Of a DNA stretch of 20,480 nt, positions 1 through 7,393 are shown one piece after another. Numbering within the stretch: position 1 is the first letter of the stretch; each line of letters starts with the position of its first letter. The notes below the pieces were generated by a model, which had not been told where the DNA came from, searched no databases, and worked only from the letters and a program-made list of their open reading frames with translations. This DNA is from Candidatus Nitrospinota bacterium M3_3B_026 (lineage in GTDB: Bacteria; Nitrospinota_A; UBA7883; JBPRGF01): the NCBI GenBank assembly GCA_051418015.1, contig JBPRGF010000025.1:1-20480 (forward strand), written 5' to 3'. A program made the position numbers and the translations under genes.

Positions 1-461
1 GCCGAGGAGCCGAGCGGATCTCTTCTCGAACTCCCGAGGACGCGAAGCGTGGCCATTTGGTCGGCGCCGATAGTGAACGTCGGGCGCTCGGCGGCCCGAT
101 GGCGCTTCTTCGATCGTTCTGCGGTTGGGCGTTTCACATCCGGCGTCGACGGGCGGCCCTCCGGGGTTTGCTCCGGATTTTGCTTTTTGAGGGATTGGCT
201 TGTTGCGGCGATTTTTCGGCGGCGATTTCTCTCCTGCCGTTTCTCTGCAGGACTCGATGCGGAGTGGCCCTTGTCTACGTTATCACCGTGGTCAGCGCCG
301 GTTTTTTCCTCAGGGCCGCCGTCTTGGCTGGCGTTTTGGGCGGGGGGCTTTTCTCCTTCACGTTTTTCCAGGCCGTTTTTCTTTGACAACATGAGCTCGG
401 AGAGCTGCCCGAGGTTGACGGGGGAGAGGGCCGCTTCGATGTCACTTTGGGACGTGGGCAT
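1..461 (-). CDS. Hypothetical protein downstream of parA, probable partition partner (long disordered N-terminus, possible ribbon-helix-helix start); 3' end is outside the window
   Basis: Not in the ORF track because it runs off the edge. Translated by hand from ATG at 461: MPTSQSDIEAALSPVNLGQLSELMLSKKNGLEKREGEKPP...RHRAAERPTFTIGADQMATLRVLGSSRRDPLGSS, with no stop to base 1. Same strand as and directly after parA, with a similar pyrimidine-rich leader. Confidence 0.6.
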   Translation of the reverse strand, partial: MPTSQSDIEAALSPVNLGQLSELMLSKKNGLEKREGEKPPAQNASQDGGPEEKTGADHGDNVDKGHSASSPAEKRQERNRRRKIAATSQSLKKQNPEQTPEGRPSTPDVKRPTAERSKKRHRAAERPTFTIGADQMATLRVLGSSRRDPLGSS

Positions 462-636
462 GAGATTTGGGATTCTGAGGGAAGAGAAGAGGGAGGAGGG
501 CCTCCCCAATGAGCTTCAGCTGGGTAGCGTTGGGAAGGAAGTCTATTTGAATGGATATCCAGTCGACAGGCCCGGACAAAGGGCCACTCGCAGAGAGGAA
601 AGGCGCCCACTCCGGAGGAATCGAACCTACTGCTCT

Positions 637-1590
637 CTACGAAGCCCTCTTTTGTGGGGCACTGTTCTGCGGGGCCGCGTCTTCTCTCCCTGCAGCCTCT
701 CGGATTTCGATAAAGGCAGTCAAGAACTGCTCTGCGCCCGGATGGCGCCGGTCATATTCGAAGATGGATTTCCCAGCTTGAAAGGCCTGACCGAAGGCTG
801 CAAAGCGCCCAATCGGACTGAGGAGACGACCCTCGGGGTAGACCTTCGCCACCTCCGCAACGCGAGACCAGACGAGACTGCTTTCGATTTCGGTCGAGCG
901 GTAGAAGGTCGGCAGGATATACCAGTCCGGATCGGCGCCGGCCCGCTCCGCTCGGCGGATCATACTGGTAAACCGACGAAGCCCTTTGAGGCTCATAAAC
1001 TGGCAGGAGAGCACAAGCAAGGGAAGGTCGGAGGTCAAGACCACATTGTCCGAGAGCGAACTTAGCGACGGAGGCACGTCGAGGAAAATGAAATCAAAGC
1101 GCCTCAGAAACGAGGATGTCTCCGTGGCGAGGGCCTCTTTGGCGAGGGCCTCTTGGAGGTAAGAGCGCTTCCCCTCTGAGAAGAGGATGTTCTGGATCTG
1201 GATGAGCCGCTCGTCGGCAGGGCAAAGGAAAATAGAACCGCTGTTCTCACGTTCATTATTCTCACGTTCGCCCCCTCGAATTTTCACCGCGACCTCCTGA
1301 AGCGAACAGGAATTGGTAAGCCAGTTGAAGAGAGTCGGTCCCTCGCCTGCTCGGTCCAAATTTGCAAACTCCGTGGCGCTTCCCTGCGGGTCGAGATCGA
1401 GGATCAAAACGGAAAGCCTCTCTTCGTAGGCCGCGGCCGCGAGGTTGAGGCAGGAGGTCGTCTTTCCGACGCCGCCCTTAAAGTTGATCGTGCTGATGAT
1501 CGGCGGCCGAGCGCGGAAAGGAGAGGCGGTGGAGCCTTTCTGGGCGGAACTGGCGGTAGCGGCCGGCGCCGTAGACGGAGAAGATGTCAT
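637..1590 (-). CDS. parA: ParA/Soj family partition ATPase (about 317 aa)
   Basis: Deviant Walker A NFKGGVGKTTSCLNLA, A' box LILDLDPQGSAT, Walker B FDFIFLDVPPSLS, C-terminal AGKSIFEYD. Start placed at ATG 1590 (MTSSPST) because the longer ORF to 2016 only translates the repeat array. Confidence 0.93.
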   Translation of the reverse strand: MTSSPSTAPAATASSAQKGSTASPFRARPPIISTINFKGGVGKTTSCLNLAAAAYEERLSVLILDLDPQGSATEFANLDRAGEGPTLFNWLTNSCSLQEVAVKIRGGERENNERENSGSIFLCPADERLIQIQNILFSEGKRSYLQEALAKEALATETSSFLRRFDFIFLDVPPSLSSLSDNVVLTSDLPLLVLSCQFMSLKGLRRFTSMIRRAERAGADPDWYILPTFYRSTEIESSLVWSRVAEVAKVYPEGRLLSPIGRFAAFGQAFQAGKSIFEYDRRHPGAEQFLTAFIEIREAAGREDAAPQNSAPQKRAS

Positions 1591-1630
1591 GGAAGTCGAG
1601 GGTCTGGTTGGAAGGGAAAAGGAAGGAGGA

Positions 1631-2031
1631 AACCCGGGCAGGACCGAGCCTGTCGCTTCGAGCAACCTGACACTCTGAGCAATCTGTCGGTTTGGACAGC
1701 CTGTCAGTCTGGGCGCTCTGCCAGTACTCCCAATCTGGCAGGAAGGGCGACTTGGCAAAACCGGTAATCTGACAGGTTGCCAACCTGGCAAGTTGGCAAC
1801 CTGGCAAGACGGGCAACCGGTCAACTTGACGACCTGCCAGCATCGACATCTAGCCAGTTTGATCGCTCTGGCAGAATCGCCACCCGTCAACACGACCACC
1901 TGTCGAAACAGGAAATCTGTCGGATTGGAGAACCTGTCGGTATGTGTAACCTGTCGGTATGGATAACCTGCCCAAATGGACACCCTGTCAGTTTTGGCAC
2001 CTTGCCGGGATGGCAACCTTCCGGAATAGAC
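1631..2031. repeat. Degenerate tandem array of about 24 units of 16-17 bp, core AACCTG(T/G)C(A/G); candidate centromere (parC/parS-like) or iterons
   Basis: Units read directly: 1664 AACCTGACActctgagc, 1681 AATCTGTCGgtttggac, 1782 AACCTGGCAagttggc, 1798 AACCTGGCAagacgggc, 1931 AACCTGTCGgtatgtgt, 1948 AACCTGTCGgtatggat, 2015 AACCTTCCGgaatagac. Lies immediately upstream of parA. Confidence 0.85.
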
Positions 2032-2042
2032 AGAGCGCGCAG

Positions 2043-2208
2043 ATAGGCAGGGTGCATAAATAGGCAGGGTGCATAAATCGTCGGACTGTCGAAGTAGTCA
2101 GGTTGTCATTTTGTGCACCCCTATTTACGAGTGATGCTGGAACCCAAAAGGGATTTTCAGCGCAACATCCCTTGCGCCTCCGGCGTGTCGTTGAGGCTGT
2201 TATGCACA
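2043..2208. promoter_or_regulatory. Perfect 17-bp direct repeat x2 plus DnaA-box-like motifs (oriV candidate)
   Basis: ATAGGCAGGGTGCATAA at 2043-2059 and 2060-2076, each giving TTATGCACC on the minus strand; TTGTGCACC at 2111; TTATGCACA at 2200-2208 fits TTATNCACA. Confidence 0.5.
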
Positions 2209-3043
2209 GGCTGCTGCGCATCAGCCGCAGAGCGAGAGGTGAGGGTCAGGCTCAAAGAGCTCCCGGAGAGCGGCGTAGAACGCCCCCAGGCGGTCCCAGA
2301 AGCCACAGAACGCGCGATCTGCGGATGTGGGTACCGTGGTGTAGCTTTGGCGGGGCGTGAGGGAGAGGGGAAATAGAGGCGCCCGGAGAGAATGGACTCG
2401 ATAGCCGTACATGCAAGGGGGATTTCTTGCAGGAAAAATTCCCATCCTTCCGAACAGCACCCAGTGGAGGCGGGCGGGTAGCGAGAGGGGGGTATTGCAA
2501 GAGCAACACATCAGGATCCACTTCATCGGGATCTGCTCAGCGAGGTCCGCTTACGAGAGGTCACCTCCACGGCATAACAGCCACATGCGCACCTGTGAAT
2601 GAGCCGGGAGCATGCCCGGCCGTCTGCTTTTGCTCTTGCGGGGAAGAGGGGGAAGGGATACCTTGGGCCTCCAGCCTTGGGACTCCAGTGCGAGGCTATG
2701 CGGCCCGCCGAACTGCCCCTCGAAAGTGTATTCCATGAGGAGAAGATTGAGCGGCAACAGCCTTCTCAAAACAGGCGCCTGAGACCGCCCAAAAAGCAGG
2801 CTCAGAAGAGGCCCTGTGGGAGGGTGCTAAATGTGCCGGGGGGTCGAAAGGGCACCTATGTTGTTTGGGCCTACTTCGCCTTTCGGGAAGCCCTGCAGGG
2901 ACCCCTGAGGAAGTGCCCTTGAAATTGCCATCGAAATGGCTCCTGAACGGAGCTCTAAAAATCGGCAGGAAGGGCCTTGGGAAGCCCCACGATTGGACCT
3001 AGAGAGAGGCCGCTGAGAGAGCTGTGAGAGGACCCTTTTGATA

Positions 3044-3110
3044 GCCGTTATTACGAAGCGCCGTTACCCAAAGAGCTATTGCTAAGAGCCGTTTTGGGCA
3101 GCCGTTATTG
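3044..3110 (+). repeat. Short direct repeats GCCGTT(A) upstream of mobC
   Basis: GCCGTTATT 3044, GCCGTTACC 3060, GCCGTTTTG 3088, GCCGTTATTG 3101, and a degenerate GCTATT at 3075. Confidence 0.55.
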
Positions 3111-3144
3111 CCCCACCTAAAGAACCGATCACGATCACTGGAAA

Positions 3145-3555
3145 ATGCAGATGCGAACCTCAAATGCGTCCCCTCGGGGCGGCGGGCGGCCCGAAACGCC
3201 GCCGAAAAAACAGTCGAAGCAGGCGGTCAAGGTGTACCTGACCGCCGAGGAAAAACGACAGGTAAAGGAGAGCGCGGCCCGGACGGGGCTTTCTCTCTCG
3301 GGATACGGGCGCCGGCGCCTCCTCCACAAAGACCATCCCCTCTTCGAAGCGGTCCTCAAGACGGACCTCCGGATGCTCGCCTGCGCGCTGAAGGGCATCG
3401 AGACGGCCCTGTCCAGCAGAACATCGAGTGGGGAAGGGAGCTCTACCCTCGCCTTCGAAGAGCCAAATTCAGAAGGAATCGGCTCTGAAATCCAGGCGGT
3501 CCTCCGCTCGATCGAGAAACAGATGAAGGTCCTCGAAGAGACGTTTAGCGGATAA
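3145..3555 (+). CDS. mobC: MobC-like ribbon-helix-helix relaxosome accessory protein
   Basis: VKVYLTAEEKRQVKESAARTGLSLSGYGRRRLL matches the RHH pattern of MobC/NikA-type proteins; lies upstream of the relaxase. Confidence 0.8.
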   Translation: MQMRTSNASPRGGGRPETPPKKQSKQAVKVYLTAEEKRQVKESAARTGLSLSGYGRRRLLHKDHPLFEAVLKTDLRMLACALKGIETALSSRTSSGEGSSTLAFEEPNSEGIGSEIQAVLRSIEKQMKVLEETFSG

Positions 3556-3982
3556 TTGGGGTCCATTCGGACGCTGAATCCCCTTCGATCGATACGGGAA
3601 TCGCCCTTGGGCAGCGCAGGAATCGCCATCGATTGGCCCGGTTGGAGGTCCCGGTAGGAAGGGTCCGAAGGCAAATCGAGGTCTGAAAAGGAGTCGCCGA
3701 GAGCATTTTATCACAGGCCACGGCCGGAGGTTGGAGCCGATTGTGAGCTCGTTTCCCCCTTCGTCCCTGTGGGTAAGGTGCCCGATTCACCGTTATCCAT
3801 TGGCCAAGTGGGAAGGAATCGGTGCCATCCATACTCCAATCGAAAAAGAGCTCAGCGGCGAAAATCGGTAGACCGGCCGGGATTATGCTCCAAAACTGAG
3901 ATCGAATCCACTGATCCACCTAGGAGAAGGGGGCCGGATGCGCAGAGAAGTCAACCCCATCAGTCAAGAATCCCTGCGATAA

Positions 3983-5989
3983 ATGATCGGATACATCACG
4001 AAAGTCAGCTCCTTCGGGGCGCTTGCTCGCTACCTGCAGTCCGGTACAGACGGTTCGCCGAAGAAGCGAGTCCTGTGGACGACGGCCCGCTACGTGAGCG
4101 GCGACCTGCAAAAAGCCGCCGCCGAGATGAACTTGAGCGGCCACTTCACCAACACGGAGGCACTCGGCTACCATCTGACAATCGGGTTCGACCCGGCCGA
4201 CCGGCCCACCCGACCCGAGATGGAGTATGCCGTGAAAAGGACACTCGGCGCCCTCGGGCTGGAGGAGAACATGGCGATTACCGCAGCTCACGGAGACGCC
4301 TACTTTGCTCACACCCACACGATGATCGCCCGCTGGGACTACTGGACGGCCCGCCTGGTGGAGGCCTCAAACAGCTACTACGTGATTACCCGCGTGATGC
4401 GGGAACTGGAAGACGAGTTCGGAATGGAGCCGGCCCCTCGGCCCTACTGGGAGCGAGCCGGGCAAGAGACGGAACTCCGAAATACGGAGGGCGGCCGAGC
4501 ACAGAGCAGCCCAATCCGTCTCATCGACCAGTTTCCAACCGCCGCGCGAAACCAGGCGCGCGCTGCCCTGCAAACGGCAACGAGTTGGGGGCACCTTCAG
4601 GAGCTCCTTCGTAGGGAGGACCTTCGATTTGTGCGGGGCCGAGACAACCTTCTGATCTCAAAGGGAGAGGTGTCCGTGCGGGCGGGGCAGATCACCGGGG
4701 GCACGTCGCTTGCCAAGCTGGAAGCCCGCTTCGGCCAGACCCTACGCGAACACGAGGCGGACGTGGCCGGGCGTCTCATCAAACCCGTCGGGGATGCACC
4801 CCGAAAGGCCAACGAGCGGGAAAAGACCACGAGGCGGTCCAGAAAAGACGAAGACACAAGGAGGGGTAAAGACACTCGAAGAAGCGGCTCTGGGGCAGGT
4901 AGAAAACGGGAGGGAGAGCAGCAGGCCGAGGACCTCTTGTTGGCGCTCGGAAAGGCGTTTCGGCGTCGAAAGGAGGCGTACCAGCTTACGCGGCGCTCTG
5001 CGCTTTTGGAGGCGGAGGAGGTAGACGTGGCGGGCCTGCAAGAGGACCTCAAACAGATTGAGATGCGAGGGACGACTCTTCTGGAGGACCTGCTCCAAGC
5101 GGGAGGGTCTTCATCGCGTGAACGACTCTCCAATGGAGCCTCCAGAGGCAGCGAGCTCAGAGAGGGCCGCAGGCGTAAAGAAGAGGCCCGGGAGCTCTGG
5201 AGAAGGGCCACCTGTACAGTCGAGCGCCAGGAGAGCGCTCGGAGCATCACCCCTGAGAGTTTGGGGGACGTATTGGGCGAGGCGCGTCTAGGGAAGAGTT
5301 CCCCAGAACAAGAGAGGCGGCTTCTTGCTCTTTTGAGCGAGCACCGCCTAACGGCGGAGCAGGCAGCAGAGCTTTTTCTCCCAAAGGCAACCGATGCACG
5401 CATGAGCGAAGAGGGAAATCCGTGGAGTACATCAGAAACTGTGGCGCCTGACAAAGAGTCCTCTATGAGAAGAGATTCCGATTCCGAAGGATCTCACCCG
5501 GAAGAGATCCTCACAGGGGGGCAGAGCCGGCAGGATGGTGCAGAAGTGTCAGGAGGTCCATCGGCAACTACGCTGCCTGCGGAAGCCTTGCTCAAAGAGA
5601 CGCGAGAGGCGATCCGCGAGGCGCGCTTGGGGCTCGAAAAGCGCCTTCGTGGGTGGCAGCGGCAGGTTCAAGGCGGAGAAGGGGTCGCCGAACTGGAGCG
5701 TAGGCTCCGCCGGGTCCTCGGCCGGTTGGCGGACCGTGACCGGGAGGCAGCGTCCCGCTTTGGGCGGCGCTACGTCCTGGTGCCTGAAAAGGAGAGGGAG
5801 CCTGGAGCGGAGGGCGGTGGAGAAAGCGAATCTGCTTATGAAGGAGGAGGCCTTGAAGGGGAAGGCCTACAGTCTCCCGAAGTGCAGGAGGCGCTCCGCA
5901 GAGCCCTTCCCGAAGGCGTTCAGCTGGAAGGTGTCCAGTTGGAAGGACAAAGAGGTCCAGAGCGGAAGAGCCCTTCCCGCTCAATGTGA
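3983..5989 (+). CDS. Relaxase/mobilisation nuclease, MOB_P-type (668 aa)
   Basis: Motif I SSFGALARYL (catalytic Tyr), motif II YHLTIGFDPADRP, HUH motif III AAHGDAYFAHTHTMIAR, TraI-like middle region ATSWGHLQELL...SLAKLEARFG, basic C-tail RGPERKSPSRSM. Confidence 0.92.
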   Translation: MIGYITKVSSFGALARYLQSGTDGSPKKRVLWTTARYVSGDLQKAAAEMNLSGHFTNTEALGYHLTIGFDPADRPTRPEMEYAVKRTLGALGLEENMAITAAHGDAYFAHTHTMIARWDYWTARLVEASNSYYVITRVMRELEDEFGMEPAPRPYWERAGQETELRNTEGGRAQSSPIRLIDQFPTAARNQARAALQTATSWGHLQELLRREDLRFVRGRDNLLISKGEVSVRAGQITGGTSLAKLEARFGQTLREHEADVAGRLIKPVGDAPRKANEREKTTRRSRKDEDTRRGKDTRRSGSGAGRKREGEQQAEDLLLALGKAFRRRKEAYQLTRRSALLEAEEVDVAGLQEDLKQIEMRGTTLLEDLLQAGGSSSRERLSNGASRGSELREGRRRKEEARELWRRATCTVERQESARSITPESLGDVLGEARLGKSSPEQERRLLALLSEHRLTAEQAAELFLPKATDARMSEEGNPWSTSETVAPDKESSMRRDSDSEGSHPEEILTGGQSRQDGAEVSGGPSATTLPAEALLKETREAIREARLGLEKRLRGWQRQVQGGEGVAELERRLRRVLGRLADRDREAASRFGRRYVLVPEKEREPGAEGGGESESAYEGGGLEGEGLQSPEVQEALRRALPEGVQLEGVQLEGQRGPERKSPSRSM

Positions 5990-6058
5990 CCATCGAAGGA
6001 GACCCCACAAAACCAGGTGAACCTACATACAGGGGATCCGAAAACAGGAGGAGACAAG

Positions 6059-7393
6059 ATGGAACCAGACGTAAACCCCGGGGACGAAAATTCTGAGCAC
6101 GGAACGGACACTGCCCCCGAAAACGCAGGCATTGAAATGGAGGACGCCGGGCTTTCTCAGAATGGAGAGACGCCAACCGGGCCTACCCCGAATTCGGAGC
6201 CGGACGGCTGGGACGAGCTTCAGTGGAGCCTTTTCGGGCTTGGCCCAGATGAGGGCAAGCTACCGTTCGAAGAGAAGATCGCATATGAGGAACTATTGAG
6301 CGGAGACCTCTCCGAGGATCTCTCCTCGCTGGATCTCTCCTCACTGGTTGGCGAGCTGGATGCGGGCACCCGCCTTGCCCTGAAGGAGATTGACACCTAC
6401 GCGAGCGCCTCTGCTCTCGCGCAGGAGCGCGCCGCCCTCATGGGACGAGCCGACGATTTGACGATGGACCTGCGCGACATGCAGGAGCAGATCCGCGAGA
6501 TGGAGGCGGCGCAGGCAGGTCTCCGATCGGTGTTCCAGGTGGCGTACCGGCGGCCCGACGAGGCCCTTCGGGTATGGGGCCGGCTGGTGCACGAGATAAG
6601 GCTGGGTGGCGAGACAAGAAGTGCCGGGAGCCCTGACTTCGGGAAAGCGAGTCAGATTCTTACCGCATCGCCTGAGCGTCTTGGCGCGCTTCGGGGCGCC
6701 TCGGCCTTTGGATTTTCTACTCCGGCGCGGTCTGAGGCCGTTCGAGCCACGGCCAAAGCAGCGGGCCTTGCGCGGGCCTATCAGGATGCGGCCCGCCGCG
6801 CCACCCGGCTCGGGGTGTTCGGAAAGGGCCAGTCCGATGAGAACGTTCTGGGCCAAGGCGTCCTCAAGAAGAGTCTCTCTGCGGAGAAGGGGACAACCCA
6901 GTACCCGGGGCTCTTCCAGAAGAGAGAGGAAATTGAGGCCACGAGGAAGGAGGCATCTGCCCTCGCCGAGAAGGTGCGAGAGCTTACCGGTCGGCGGCCG
7001 CTTTCGGAGCAGAGCCGGGCAGTCACAGAAAGGGTCCGGTCCCTTGACCCCGAGCAGCGTCAGGCCCTTCGACAGGTGATTCTGGGAGTAGGCGCACAGT
7101 CGGTTGACAAGGTGAACAGGGAAGCGGGTAGGAGCGCCAAGCCAAGCCGGGAAGCTGCTACGAGAGGAAACGGTGTAGACAGAAAACCTGCTCTGAATAC
7201 GCCTGCTCTGAAGCGGAGCGCCACCGCACGCTCTCTTAGCCAGAGCCAGGCTTCGAAAAAGGCTGCATCGAAAACTGGAGCCATGAAGGGACTTCTCAAG
7301 GCCTCGCTTCGCCACGTCGCAATTCACGTGGCGATCCGCACGCTGGATCGGGTCGAGAAAGAGGCCCGCGGCCGCGAGATGCTGGAAATCTAA
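6059..7393 (+). CDS. Coiled-coil protein with a BID-like (Bep intracellular delivery) domain and basic C-tail; probable T4SS substrate
   Basis: Segment LRSVFQVAYRRPDEA...LTASPERLGALRGASAFGFSTPARSEA...LARAYQDAARR (about 6520-6800) resembles BID domains of TraA relaxases. ATG 6059 has AGGAGGAG 5 nt upstream; alternative GTG start at 6017. Confidence 0.65.
   Translation: MEPDVNPGDENSEHGTDTAPENAGIEMEDAGLSQNGETPTGPTPNSEPDGWDELQWSLFGLGPDEGKLPFEEKIAYEELLSGDLSEDLSSLDLSSLVGELDAGTRLALKEIDTYASASALAQERAALMGRADDLTMDLRDMQEQIREMEAAQAGLRSVFQVAYRRPDEALRVWGRLVHEIRLGGETRSAGSPDFGKASQILTASPERLGALRGASAFGFSTPARSEAVRATAKAAGLARAYQDAARRATRLGVFGKGQSDENVLGQGVLKKSLSAEKGTTQYPGLFQKREEIEATRKEASALAEKVRELTGRRPLSEQSRAVTERVRSLDPEQRQALRQVILGVGAQSVDKVNREAGRSAKPSREAATRGNGVDRKPALNTPALKRSATARSLSQSQASKKAASKTGAMKGLLKASLRHVAIHVAIRTLDRVEKEARGREMLEI

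Noticed and set aside
49..1065. 338-aa plus-strand ORF
   Set aside because: Antisense to parA and its partner gene, with no recognisable motif.
1591..2016. 142-aa N-terminal extension of ParA in the ORF track
   Set aside because: It translates the DNA repeat array, whose period is not a multiple of three, and yields implausible C/W/P-rich sequence. ATG 1590 gives a normal ParA.
1631..2031. CRISPR array interpretation of the repeat tract
   Set aside because: Period is only 16-17 bp, the repeats are degenerate, there are no 25-45 bp unique spacers and no cas genes are present.
2100..2922. Short ORFs between the array and mobC as a possible rep gene
   Set aside because: Mutually overlapping, biased composition and no Rep or HTH motif; treated as non-coding.
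3769..4614. 281-aa plus-strand ORF overlapping the relaxase 5' end
   Set aside because: R/P-rich alternative frame of the relaxase with no family signal. An overprinted mob gene cannot be supported.
5987..6030. Selenocysteine recoding of the relaxase TGA
   Set aside because: No convincing bacterial SECIS hairpin directly downstream and no redox-motif context.
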